Below the pieces are notes generated by a model that searched no databases, was not told the DNA's origin, and was given only the letters and a program-made list of their open reading frames with translations. Source: Acidobacteriota bacterium (lineage in GTDB: Bacteria; Acidobacteriota; Vicinamibacteria; Vicinamibacterales; 2-12-FULL-66-21). From it: a stretch of DNA of 38,622 nucleotides. Shown piece by piece: positions 28,802-38,550 of the stretch. The position numbers and the translations under genes were made by a program. Numbering within the stretch: position 1 is the stretch's first letter; each line of letters starts with the position of its first letter. Where the stretch lies: positions 1 to 38,622 of the forward strand of contig JANPJN010000808.1 in NCBI GenBank assembly GCA_031425515.1, read 5' to 3'.

Positions 28802-30156
28802 TTGCGCCGGCACGGCTGGCCGCGTACGACGTGCTTCGCGCCGTCAATAGCGGACGGATGGATCTGCCGGCCGCCCTGGCCCGAGCCCGGACGCCGCTCG
28901 GCGACGAGCGGGATCGGGCGCTCGCGGGAGAGATTGCGACCGGCACGCTGCGCTGGCAGGGGGCCTTCGATCTCGTGATCGCCGCGTTCGCCGGGCGGCC
29001 CGTGTCGAAACTGGACGCGGAGGTACTCGACGCCCTGCGCATGACCGCCTTCCAGTTGCTGCACCTCGACCGAATTCCGGCGTCAGCGGCGGTCAACGAC
29101 GCCGTGAACCTCGTCAGCAAGGCGGGCAAGCGGAGCGCCTCGGGCCTCGTGAATGCGATCCTCCGCCGCATCAGCCGCGAGCGGGGGGCGCTGCCGCTGC
29201 CCCGGCGCCCCACGGGTCCCGCCGACGAGGCCGGCACGATCGCCTACCTCGCGGGCGCACTGTCGCATCCCGAATGGCTCGTCCGTCGCTGGCTCACGCG
29301 CCACGGCTTCGCCGACGTCGAATCATGGGCCCTGTTCGACAACAGCCCCGCACCCCTGACGCTGCGCGCCAACACGCTCCGCCTCTCCCGCGACGCACTC
29401 GCCGCGCGGCTGGACGAAGCCGGGGTGGCGACCACGCCGGCACGCTTTGCCCCTGACGGCCTCGTGGTGACTGCCGGCAATCCGCTGCTGACCCCGCTCG
29501 CACGCGAGGGCCTCTTCATCGTGCAGGACGAATCGTCGCAGCTGGTCGCGGTCCTGGCGGGCGCCGCTGCCGGCGAACGGGTGCTCGACGCGTGCGCGTC
29601 GCCCGGAGGCAAGACGACCGCGATGGCCGCCGCGATGGGCGATCGGGGGCTGATTGTCGCGACCGATGTGCGGGGCCGCCGGGTGGATCTGCTGGCGCGG
29701 ACGGTGGCCGCGGCGGGGGCCGCGTCGGTACGAGTGGTCCGCGCCGACGCCTCCGGCGTGCTCCCCTTCCGCCCGGTCTTCGATTGCGTGCTGCTCGATG
29801 CGCCCTGCTCGGGGCTCGGGACGCTCCGACGGGATCCGGAGATCCGGTGGCGCCGCCTGGAGGGCACGCTGCCTGATCTGGCCCGGACGCAGGGCGCCAT
29901 GCTGAACCGGGCGGCGGACGTGCTGCGCCCCGGCGGACGACTCATCTACTCGACCTGCTCGAGCGAGCCCGAGGAGAACGAGGAGGTCATCGGCCGGTTT
30001 CTCGCGGAGCGCACGGATTTCGAAATCCGGCCGGCGGCCGATGGGACTCTGGCCAGATTCGCCACCCCGGAGGGCTACTTCCGCACCCTCCCGTTCCGCG
30101 ATCAGCTCGAGGCCTTCTTCGCCGCCATGCTGGTGAAAACTAAGGACTTGCAGTAA
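28798..30156 (+). CDS. rsmB: 16S rRNA (cytosine967-C5)-methyltransferase (RsmB/Sun)
   Basis: An N-terminal NusB-like domain is followed by the methyltransferase core with DACASPGGKT, DAPCSGLGTLRRDPE and LIYSTCS. The ATG overlaps the fmt stop (ATGA). Confidence 0.9.
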   Translation: MIAPARLAAYDVLRAVNSGRMDLPAALARARTPLGDERDRALAGEIATGTLRWQGAFDLVIAAFAGRPVSKLDAEVLDALRMTAFQLLHLDRIPASAAVNDAVNLVSKAGKRSASGLVNAILRRISRERGALPLPRRPTGPADEAGTIAYLAGALSHPEWLVRRWLTRHGFADVESWALFDNSPAPLTLRANTLRLSRDALAARLDEAGVATTPARFAPDGLVVTAGNPLLTPLAREGLFIVQDESSQLVAVLAGAAAGERVLDACASPGGKTTAMAAAMGDRGLIVATDVRGRRVDLLARTVAAAGAASVRVVRADASGVLPFRPVFDCVLLDAPCSGLGTLRRDPEIRWRRLEGTLPDLARTQGAMLNRAADVLRPGGRLIYSTCSSEPEENEEVIGRFLAERTDFEIRPAADGTLARFATPEGYFRTLPFRDQLEAFFAAMLVKTKDLQ

Positions 30157-30168
30157 ACTTTCTGGTTC

Positions 30169-30887
30169 ATGGCGCTGACAGGACGGGTGTGGGGGGCTGG
30201 CAAACTGCTGCTCGTGGGCGGCGCCCTGATCCTCACGTACGGGCTCTTTGCCGCGGCATCGATGCGTGTGGCCCTGAAAACGCGCGAGGTCGCCGTCCCC
30301 GCCCTCACCGGCCGTCCGTTGAACGAGGCCGCCGCGCTCGTCGAAGGGGCCGGATTGCACCTCAGAGTCGAAGAGACACGGCGCATCGACCCCAAAGTGC
30401 CCGCCGGGCAGATTCTGGCTCAGGAGCCGCAGGGTGGCGCCCGGACGCGGCGGGAGCGCAGCGTCAAGGTCTGGGTGAGCTCGGGGCCGCGCGCCACGGT
30501 GGTGCCCGACCTCATCGGCGAGTCCGAGCGCACGGCGCAGTTGCGGCTGCAGCAGGACGCGGTGGAGCTGGCCGGGATCGCCGAGATTCGATCCGGGGAT
30601 TATCAGGCCGACGTCATCGTCGCGGCGACTCCGCCGGCAAAGAGCACCGCGCCCCGCGTGGCGTTGCTGGTCAATCGCGGGGAGCGCGGAGAGACGTACG
30701 TGATGCCGGACCTCATCGGCGTCAACGGCGACCGCTCGGCCGATCTGCTGCGGGCGCGGGGGTTCCGGGTCGCGATGGTGGGCGATCATCCCTATCCGGG
30801 GGTGCCGGCCGGCGTGGTGTTGCGCCAGAACCCTCAGGCGGGCTTCCAGATCGCTCCCGGCGAGCCGATCTCGCTCGAGGTCAGCCG

Positions 30888-30891
<4 letters not shown>
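30169..30891 (+). CDS. Membrane-anchored protein made of three PASTA domains, with no kinase or PBP module (240 aa)
   Basis: A TM helix (LLLVGGALILTYGLFAAA) is followed by three repeats of about 65 aa. The repeats begin VPALTGRPLNEA, VPDLIGESERTA and MPDLIGVNGDRS, each ending in a beta-strand-rich segment. This is the PASTA pattern. Confidence 0.8.
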
Positions 30892-31549
<658 letters not shown>

Positions 31550-31553
<4 letters not shown>

Positions 31554-31972
31554 CCGCACCGTCTGCCGAAGGGGCCCGCCGGTCGTCGATCTCGGTCGTG
31601 CGCGTCCGCTACGCCGAGACGGACAAGATGGGGGTCGTGTACTACGCCAACTACTTCGTCTGGTTCGAGGTGGCGCGCGCGGATCTGCTGCGGTCGCTCG
31701 GATGGAGCTACCGGGAGATGGAACAGGCCGGTATTTCGCTGCCGGTGACCGAAGCGGCGTGCCAGTATCACCGCCCGGTGCGATACGACGATGAGCTCGA
31801 GGTGAGAGCGGAGGGTCGGCTGGTGTCGAAGGTGCGGATGGCGTTCGAGTATCAGGTGATCCGTCGCGAGGACCAGGTGCTCGCGGCGTCGGGTCGGACC
31901 GTGCACGCGTCGCTGGATGCCTCCGGCAGACCCTGCCGGCTGCCCGCCCGCGTGCAGGAGGCGTTCGCATGA
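31550..31972 (+). CDS. Acyl-CoA thioesterase, YbgC/4HBT hotdog family
   Basis: RVRYAETDKMGVVYYANYFVWFEVAR is the catalytic-Asp motif of the 4HBT/YbgC family. The protein is 140 aa. The ATG overlaps the rpe stop (ATGA). Confidence 0.85.
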
Positions 31973-32916
31973 AGGCGCTCGTGACCGGGGCGGCCGGGTT
32001 CATCGGCTCGCATCTGTCGGGAGCGCTGCTCGATCGTGGCGCGGAGGTCGTCGGGCTCGACTGCTTCACCGATTACTATCCTCGCCCGCTCAAGGAGGCG
32101 AATCTCGATCAGAATCGCGGGCAGCGGGGGTTCCGCTTCGTCGAGGGCCGCATTCAGGATGCGGATCTCTCGTCGCTGCTCGACGGTGTGACGCACGTGT
32201 TCCACCTGGCTGCGCAGGCTGGCGTTCGCAAGAGCTGGGGACGTGATTTCACCACCTATACCGGCAACAACGTCGAGGCCTCCCAGCAACTGCTGGAAGC
32301 GTGCGTCGGGCGCCCGCTGCACCGTTTCGTCTATGCATCGAGCTCGTCGCTGTACGGCGACAACGTGGCGATTCCGATGCGTGAGGATGCGCTGCCGCAG
32401 CCGGTCTCCCCCTACGGCGTCACGAAGCTGGCCGCCGAGCAGCTCTGCTATCTCTATCACGTGAATCATGGGGTGCCGACGACGTCGCTGCGGTACTTCA
32501 CGGTGTATGGTCCGCGGCAGCGGCCCGATATGGCGTTCAACCGGTTCCTGCGCGCCGCGATGGCGCGTCAGCCGATTACGCTCTACGGCGACGGCGAGCA
32601 GACGCGCGACTTCACGTACGTGTCCGACGCGGTGGCGGGCACCATGGCGGCGGGAGACCAGGGCGTTCCGGGCCGCGCCTACAATCTCGGCGGTGGATCG
32701 CGCGTGACCGTGAATCACGTGCTCGAGATCATCGGCCGCGTCACCGGCGAGCCTCTCACTGTCCGCCGTGAACCGGCGCAGAAGGGGGACATGCGCGACA
32801 CGTACGCAGACACGAGCCTCGCGCGCGCGGATCTGGGATTTGCGCCGCGGGTGTCGCTCGAAGAAGGGATTCAGTCGGAATATCAATGGCTTTCGACCAC
32901 TTCGGCAACGGCGTGA
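31969..32916 (+). CDS. NAD-dependent nucleotide-sugar epimerase/dehydratase (extended SDR)
   Basis: VTGAAGFIGSHL Rossmann motif, YASSSS, the YGVTKLAAE (YxxxK) catalytic motif, and RYFTVYGPRQRPDM. Confidence 0.85.
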   Translation: MKALVTGAAGFIGSHLSGALLDRGAEVVGLDCFTDYYPRPLKEANLDQNRGQRGFRFVEGRIQDADLSSLLDGVTHVFHLAAQAGVRKSWGRDFTTYTGNNVEASQQLLEACVGRPLHRFVYASSSSLYGDNVAIPMREDALPQPVSPYGVTKLAAEQLCYLYHVNHGVPTTSLRYFTVYGPRQRPDMAFNRFLRAAMARQPITLYGDGEQTRDFTYVSDAVAGTMAAGDQGVPGRAYNLGGGSRVTVNHVLEIIGRVTGEPLTVRREPAQKGDMRDTYADTSLARADLGFAPRVSLEEGIQSEYQWLSTTSATA

Positions 32917-33764
32917 TGGCACGCCCCGGTTTCTCCCGTTTGTTTCACCGGCACGGCCGTGCGGGCCGCCACCGGATCGTCGGCGCCGCGCTGCTGGCGG
33001 TTGCGCTCGCGGGCGCGATGGTATCGGGCGCGTGCTCGACGGCCTCGAAGCGTCCGCCGGTCGGCACGCTGGAGCCCGACAAGTTTCTGTGGGAGCGCGG
33101 ATCGAGCGAGCTCGATCGCAAGCACTGGCTGAACGCACGCGAGTTCTTCCGTCAGTTGATGGACAGCTATCCCCAGAGCCAATACCGCGCCGACGCGAAG
33201 CTCGGGCTCGCCGACGCCTACCTTGGCGAGAACTCGGTCGAGTCGAAGGTGCTCGCGATCAACGAGTACCGCGAGTTCCTCTCGTTCTATCCGACGCACG
33301 CGCGCGCCGACTACGCGCAGTACAAGCTCGGGATGGCCCACTTCTACCAGATGTCAGGCCCGGAGCGGGATCAGACCGAGACGCGCGATGCGATCACGGA
33401 GCTGAAGGCGATGGTGCAGCGCTACCCGAACAGCGCACTCATGCCAGAGGCGCTGAAGAGCCTGCGCGAAGCGCGCGATCGCCTCAGCGATGCCGAGTAC
33501 CGCGTGGCCTACTTCTACGTCCGCACGCAGAAATTTCCGCCCGCCGCCATCGACCGGTTCACGGCGCTGCTCAAGGAGGACCCGGAATACAGCCGGCGGG
33601 ACGGCGCGTACTTCTACCTGGCGCAGGCGCTCATCACCATGAATCGCCAGGCGGAGGCGCTCCCCTATCTCGATCGACTGGTGAAGGAGTTCGAGCAGAG
33701 CGAGTTCCTCGTGGAGGCGACCGCGCTGGCGGCGTCGCTCCGGGCGGAGCAGGCGTCCAAGTAA
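32916..33764 (+). CDS. bamD: Outer membrane protein assembly factor BamD (TPR lipoprotein)
   Basis: The lipobox is MVSGAC, followed by the BamD/YfiO-type TPR pattern (YPQSQYRADAKLGLADAY, FLSFYPTHARADYAQYKLGMAH, RYPNSALMPEA, AEYRVAYFY). I placed the start at ATG 32916 (TGATG with the upstream stop); an alternative ATG is at 32886. Confidence 0.85.
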   Translation: MARPGFSRLFHRHGRAGRHRIVGAALLAVALAGAMVSGACSTASKRPPVGTLEPDKFLWERGSSELDRKHWLNAREFFRQLMDSYPQSQYRADAKLGLADAYLGENSVESKVLAINEYREFLSFYPTHARADYAQYKLGMAHFYQMSGPERDQTETRDAITELKAMVQRYPNSALMPEALKSLREARDRLSDAEYRVAYFYVRTQKFPPAAIDRFTALLKEDPEYSRRDGAYFYLAQALITMNRQAEALPYLDRLVKEFEQSEFLVEATALAASLRAEQASK

Positions 33765-33781
33765 CGTCCGGGAGGGTGTGC

Positions 33782-34549
33782 ATGAATTGTCTGGTTCGTC
33801 CGCTGATGCGCATCGCGCTCGTCGTCCCTGCCCTGGCGCTTGGCCTCGCCGGCCCGGCGTCGGCGCAGACCTCCAACGCCCCAGCCGTTCGCGATGTGGC
33901 CGCCGAGCTCGCGTGCGGACCGCATGCGGCCGAGACGCTGCCCGCCGACCCCGTCCGGCTCGGGGGCGGCCCGACAGCCGGCAAAGTGCTCTTCGGTTTC
34001 GGCGACGCGGTCGTCGTCCGCGGCGGCGCCGCCCGGGGACTCCAGAGCGGCCAGCAGTATTTCGTCCGCCGCATCGTCGCCGACCGCTTCACCCCGTCGG
34101 TCAGCGACGGCATCACGCTCTACAGCGTCCACACGGCCGGCTGGGTCCGGATCGACGAGGTGACGCGCGAGACCGCGGCCGGCAAGGTCACGTACGCCTG
34201 CGATGCGCTGATGGAGGGGGATTACCTCGAGCCGTTCGCGCTGCCCGCCGTGCCCGCGGCGGCGGCGCAGGGAGCGGCGGACTTCGCGAATCCCGGCCGG
34301 CTCATTCTGGGTGACGAGCGCCGTCAGCTGGGTGCCGTCGGCTCGCTCATGGTGCTCGACCGCGGATCTGATCACGGGCTGCGCCCGGGCCAGCGGGTCA
34401 CGATCTTCAGACCGTGGCCGGCGGCGGGGCCCGTCGTCCGCGTCGGCGAGGCGACCGCGATGATCGTGCGCCCGGAGACGACGCTGCTGCGGATCGAACA
34501 GTCGAGCGACGCCATCTACGTCGGGGATCTTGGCGCCATCCATCGCTGA
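33782..34549 (+). CDS. Secreted hypothetical protein, internally duplicated beta-rich domains (255 aa)
   Basis: A GGAGGG SD lies 5 nt upstream of the ATG at 33782. A signal peptide ends ASA-Q. There are two similar halves (GDAVVVRGGAARGLQSGQQYFVRR and LMVLDRGSDHGLRPGQRVTIFRP, then VGEATAMIVRPETTLLRIEQSSDAIYVGD). I recognise no named family. Confidence 0.6.
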   Translation: MNCLVRPLMRIALVVPALALGLAGPASAQTSNAPAVRDVAAELACGPHAAETLPADPVRLGGGPTAGKVLFGFGDAVVVRGGAARGLQSGQQYFVRRIVADRFTPSVSDGITLYSVHTAGWVRIDEVTRETAAGKVTYACDALMEGDYLEPFALPAVPAAAAQGAADFANPGRLILGDERRQLGAVGSLMVLDRGSDHGLRPGQRVTIFRPWPAAGPVVRVGEATAMIVRPETTLLRIEQSSDAIYVGDLGAIHR

Positions 34550-34568
34550 GGTCGGGCGTGGAACGGCG

Positions 34569-35135
34569 TCAGTCCACCGGGCGGCCGCTGATCACGTGGC
34601 TGAAGCGGCGGTAGTAGTCCACTGCCGACACCACGGCCGTCAGGACCGCCACCCACAGGGCGATGCGGCCAAGGACGACGAAGTACCGGATGTGTTCGCC
34701 GCCGAGAATCAGCAGCAGGATGGCGATGACCTGCGAAGCCATCTTGAACTTCCCCATCGGCGACGCCGGGATGGCCACGCCGCGCGAATGCGCGATGCTG
34801 CGGAGCACGGTGACGGCGAACTCCCGGCCGAGGATCAGCACGACCATCCACGACTGCGCCAGATCCATCTGGACGAGCGAGACGAGCGCGGCCGTGATGA
34901 GGAGCTTGTCGGCGAGCGGGTCCATGAACTGGCCGAGCGGCGTGACCTGCTTGCGGCGGCGTGCGAGATACCCGTCCAGCCAGTCGGTCAGCGAGGCCAC
35001 GGCGAAGATCCCCGCCCCGACGAGCTCCTTGCTCACCCCGAACACGAGCCGCCCCTCGAACTTCGTCAGCAGGACGACGACCAGGAGCGGCACGAGGAAG
35101 ATGCGTCCGAGCGTCAGGGCGTTGGGCAGGTTCAT
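34569..35135 (-). CDS. pgsA: CDP-diacylglycerol--glycerol-3-phosphate 3-phosphatidyltransferase
   Basis: PNALTLGRI, then the CDP-alcohol phosphatidyltransferase motif DWLDGYLARRRKQVTPLGQFMDPLADK. I placed the start at ATG 35135 (MNLPNAL). Confidence 0.88.
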   Translation of the reverse strand: MNLPNALTLGRIFLVPLLVVVLLTKFEGRLVFGVSKELVGAGIFAVASLTDWLDGYLARRRKQVTPLGQFMDPLADKLLITAALVSLVQMDLAQSWMVVLILGREFAVTVLRSIAHSRGVAIPASPMGKFKMASQVIAILLLILGGEHIRYFVVLGRIALWVAVLTAVVSAVDYYRRFSHVISGRPVD

Positions 35136-35184
35136 TCGCGGCAGTGTGCAGAATCGACGATCAGCATTATCATCGTAAGTTGAT

Positions 35185-36243
35185 ATGAAGGCTATCCTGC
35201 TCGCCGGCGGCAAGGGCACGCGCCTGAGGCCCTTCACCGTGCACACCCCGAAACCGATCGTCCCGATCCTCAACCGGCCGTTCCTGCACTACCAGGTCGA
35301 TCGGCTGCGCCAGGTGCCCGAGATCGACGAAGTCATCCTCAGCCTGAACTACCAGCCGCGCCGGATCGAGGAGATTTTCGGCGACGGCGAGGGCCTCGGC
35401 CTCCGCGTCCGCTACGTCGTCGAGCCCATGCCGCTCGGTACCGGGGGGGCCATCCGGTATGCCGGGGACTCGCTGACCGACTCCGTCGTGGTGTTCAACG
35501 GCGATGTGCTGACGGAGGTGGACCTCGGCGCCGTGCTGCGGCTGCACCGCGAGCGCAAGGCGAAGGCGACCATCGTGCTGACGCCGGTCGAGAACCCGCG
35601 GGCCTACGGCCTGGTCGAGACCGACGCCGACGGCAACGTGGTCCGGTTCCTCGAGAAGCCCGGCGAAGACGAGATCACCTGCAACACGATCAATGCGGGC
35701 ATCTACGTGCTCGAGCCCGATACCTTCGACCGGATTCCGAAGGACACGGCGTGGTCCATCGAACGGAGCTTCTTCCCGTCGCTCATCGAGCGCGGCGAAA
35801 CGTTCGTTGCTTACATCTACGACGGCTACTGGATCGACATCGGCACGCCGCAGAAGTACATGCAGGTGCACCGCGACATCATGGACGGCCGGTACCAGGC
35901 GCCGCCCTTCACCGGGTCGGCCGCGTCGCTCGCCTGGGTGTCGTCCGATGCCAAGGTCGAGGCCGGCGTGGACCTGCACGGCCCCTGTTTCGTGGACCAG
36001 GGGGTGGTGATCAAGGCCGGCGCGAAGATCCTGCCCTACTCCGTGATCGGGCGGCAGACCCACGTAGACGAAGGGGCCACAGTGGACGGCTCCATTGTCT
36101 GGCCGAACGGATGGATCGGGAAGGACGCGGTCGTGCGCGGGTCCATTCTCGGGCGCAACTGCCACATCGGACGCAACGCCGTCATCGAATCCCCTGCCCT
36201 GCTGGGCGACAAGACCGTCATCACCGATTACAGCCACTTATGA
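35185..36243 (+). CDS. Sugar-1-phosphate nucleotidylyltransferase with a C-terminal left-handed beta-helix (likely mannose-1-phosphate guanylyltransferase)
   Basis: LLAGGKGTRLRPFT (the GxGTRxxP motif), EPMPLGTGGA, and C-terminal hexapeptide repeats. The sugar specificity is inferred only from the neighbouring phosphomannomutase. Confidence 0.8.
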   Translation: MKAILLAGGKGTRLRPFTVHTPKPIVPILNRPFLHYQVDRLRQVPEIDEVILSLNYQPRRIEEIFGDGEGLGLRVRYVVEPMPLGTGGAIRYAGDSLTDSVVVFNGDVLTEVDLGAVLRLHRERKAKATIVLTPVENPRAYGLVETDADGNVVRFLEKPGEDEITCNTINAGIYVLEPDTFDRIPKDTAWSIERSFFPSLIERGETFVAYIYDGYWIDIGTPQKYMQVHRDIMDGRYQAPPFTGSAASLAWVSSDAKVEAGVDLHGPCFVDQGVVIKAGAKILPYSVIGRQTHVDEGATVDGSIVWPNGWIGKDAVVRGSILGRNCHIGRNAVIESPALLGDKTVITDYSHL

Positions 36244-37595
36244 GCATCACGCCATCCATCTTCAAAGCGTACGACGTGCGCGGGCTCTACCCCGCCGAGG
36301 TGAACGAGGACGCGGCGCGGCAGATAGGCCGAGGCTTCGTCGCGTATCTGAACGCGAAGCGCATTGCCGTGTCGCGCGACATGCGCCTCTCGTCGCCGAC
36401 CGTCGCCGCCGCCTTCATCGAGGGGGCCCGCGAGCAGGGGGCCGACGTCGTTGACTACGGCATGCTGGCGACCGACATGATGTACTTTGCCGTCGCGCGG
36501 GACGGTCTCGATGGGGGCGCGCAGATCACGGCGTCGCACAATCCGAAGCAGTACAACGGCATCAAGCTGGTGCGGCAGGAAGCATTTCCGCTCAGCGGCG
36601 AGGCGGGACTCGTCGAGATTCGCGACATGATCGCGGCCGGCACGATCCCTCCGCCGGCCTCCGCGCCAGGGTCGCTCTCGACCAGCGAAGTCCTGGACGA
36701 CTACGTGAAGCACGTCATGGCGTTCATCGACCCGGCGATCATCAAGCCGTTCAACGTCGTGCTCGATGCCGGCAGCGGCATGGCCGGGCTCGTCGCGCCC
36801 CGGCTCTTCGAACTGCTCCCCTGCCGGACGACGAGGCTGTGCTTTGATATCGACGGGACGTTTCCGAACCACGAGGCCAATCCGCTCATCGAGGAGAACC
36901 GCGCCGACATCACCGCGCGCGTGATCCGGGATCGTGCCGACATCGGCATCGCGTGGGACGGTGATGCCGACCGTTGCTTCTTCATCGACGGCAGCGGCGA
37001 GTTCATCGCGGGGGATTTCGTGACCGCGCTGCTGGCCGAGGCGTTTCTCATCCGCTATCCCGGCGCGAAGGTGGTCTACGACGTGCGCGCCAGTTACGCC
37101 GTAAAGGACACTGTTGCGCGCTACGGCGGCACGGCGCTGATGAACCGGGTCGGCCATGCCTTCTTCAAGCGCCGGATGCGCGAGGAGGGAGCGATCTTCG
37201 GCGGCGAGGTTACCGGGCACTACTACTTTCGCGACAATTTCTTCGCCGACAACGGGTTCATCCCCGCGCTGCTGATGCTCGAGCTCATGTCGCGGAAGGG
37301 GCAGACCCTGCACGAGCTGCTCGCGCCGCTCCGGGAGAAGTATTTTATCTCGGGCGAGATCAACACCAAGATGCCCGACATGCGGGTCGTGGACGAGAAG
37401 ATCCACGCGCTCAACGCGCGCTATGTCAGCGGCAAGACGTACACGATGGACGGCGTCTCGGTCGAGTATCCCGACTGGCACTTCAACGTGCGCGCGTCGA
37501 ACACCGAGCCGCTCATTCGGCTGAACCTGGAGGCCACGTCGCAGGGGATGATGGAGGAGAAGCGCGACGAGGTGCTGGCCTTCATCCGGTCGTGA
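36240..37595 (+). CDS. Phosphomannomutase/phosphoglucomutase
   Basis: Motifs FKAYDVRG, the ITASHNPKQYNG phosphoserine loop, the GIAWDGDADR metal loop, GGEVTGHYYF and RASNTEPLIRL. The ATG overlaps the upstream stop (ATGA). Confidence 0.92.
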   Translation: MSITPSIFKAYDVRGLYPAEVNEDAARQIGRGFVAYLNAKRIAVSRDMRLSSPTVAAAFIEGAREQGADVVDYGMLATDMMYFAVARDGLDGGAQITASHNPKQYNGIKLVRQEAFPLSGEAGLVEIRDMIAAGTIPPPASAPGSLSTSEVLDDYVKHVMAFIDPAIIKPFNVVLDAGSGMAGLVAPRLFELLPCRTTRLCFDIDGTFPNHEANPLIEENRADITARVIRDRADIGIAWDGDADRCFFIDGSGEFIAGDFVTALLAEAFLIRYPGAKVVYDVRASYAVKDTVARYGGTALMNRVGHAFFKRRMREEGAIFGGEVTGHYYFRDNFFADNGFIPALLMLELMSRKGQTLHELLAPLREKYFISGEINTKMPDMRVVDEKIHALNARYVSGKTYTMDGVSVEYPDWHFNVRASNTEPLIRLNLEATSQGMMEEKRDEVLAFIRS

Positions 37596-37614
37596 TAAAA
37601 TCGTCCCCTTCTGT

Positions 37615-37688
37615 GCGGGCTTAGCATAGTGGTAATGTCCTGGCTTCCCAAGCCAGTCAGACGGGTTCGATTCCCGTAGCCCGCTCCA
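37615..37688 (+). tRNA. tRNA-Gly (anticodon CCC), CCA encoded
   Basis: I folded the cloverleaf by hand. Acceptor stem: GCGGGCT/AGCCCGC. D arm: GCAT-AGTGGTA-ATGT. Anticodon stem: CTGGC/GCCAG with loop TTCCCAA. T arm: ACGGG-TTCGATT-CCCGT. Discriminator T, then CCA. It closely resembles E. coli glyU. Confidence 0.93.
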
Positions 37689-38298
37689 CACCTCGTGTCC
37701 ACAAGCTACGCACCATGCTGGGTGAAGCGTGCCTTGTCCAGTGGAACGCCTGCCATCCGGCCCTCAGGGCAGCATCGATGTTCTGGCGGCTGTCATCGAT
37801 GAGCAGCATCTCTTGCCCTGGCGCCAGTGGCCGATTGAACCTTTGCGAAAAATTCCGTGTCAGGCTTCCTGGCTCCAAGGCGAGCGGAATAGAAGATGCC
37901 ATCCACATGCTCGGCCAAACCAAGTGTGTCCATGAGGTGGACAGCTCGTAGATGCTCCTGGTTGGTCGCCAGGTACACACCGACTCCGTTAGCGCGAGCC
38001 AATGAAAGTTCCGGGAGTAAAAGTGCGACGAGACGCGAATCGCGTTCGAACCAATAGGAGACAAGCGCCGCGGGACTCACATGTGGCGCGATCTTCTGAA
38101 GTGCAGTCGACAAACGCTCCAGCAGCCCAGCGCGACCGAGGACGATATCCTCCCAATGGGGAGCAAAGAACTGTTCGTGAACGTGTCGGGCGTGAATCCA
38201 AAATCCTGTTCAACGGATGTATGCCAGGGACGTCCGTCCTCTGGGCGCCCGTCGATCAGGACGCCGTCCACGTCCACCATCAGTCTCTTAATGGCCAA
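37657..38298 (-). pseudogene. HAD-superfamily hydrolase disrupted by two frameshifts
   Basis: Three consecutive minus-strand frames together give one HAD protein. Frame A (from TTG 38298, AAGGAG upstream) reads MAIKRLMVDVDGVLIDG...DTFT. Frame B reads EQFFAPHWEDIVLGRAGLLERLSTALQKI...GVGVYLATNQ...ARKPDTEFFAKVQSATG. Frame C reads PGQEMLLIDDSRQNIDAALRAGWQAFHWT. The shifts fall near 38178 and 37823. The last frame runs on into the tRNA. Confidence 0.7.
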
Positions 38299-38388
38299 GG
38301 CTCTCCTTCACCGGGGTGACCAGCCCGCGCGACGGCTTTTCCCCCATCCGGAGACTCCGTTCCGCGAGCCCGAGACCGAGCCCCAGTA

Positions 38389-38550
38389 TCACTTCGTCCC
38401 GGCGTTCCACGTACCGACGCGCGCATCCATCCATTGAAGGATGAGGTCGGCAATGTGCAGGTTGTTCCTGTCCTGCATGATCATGTGGCTGTTGCCACCG
38501 ATGCCGCGATCCGGCGTCACACCTGTCGCAGCGCCTCGGTAGGCGGTTTT
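38389..38550 (-). pseudogene. Possible C-terminal remnant of an alpha/beta-hydrolase-like gene
   Basis: A minus-strand frame reads ...YRGAATGVTPDRGIGGNSHMIMQDRNNLHIADLILQWMDARVGTWNAGTK*. This resembles the catalytic-His and C-terminal helix region of alpha/beta hydrolases. The frame is closed upstream by a stop at 38551-38553, where AT-rich DNA begins. Confidence 0.25.
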
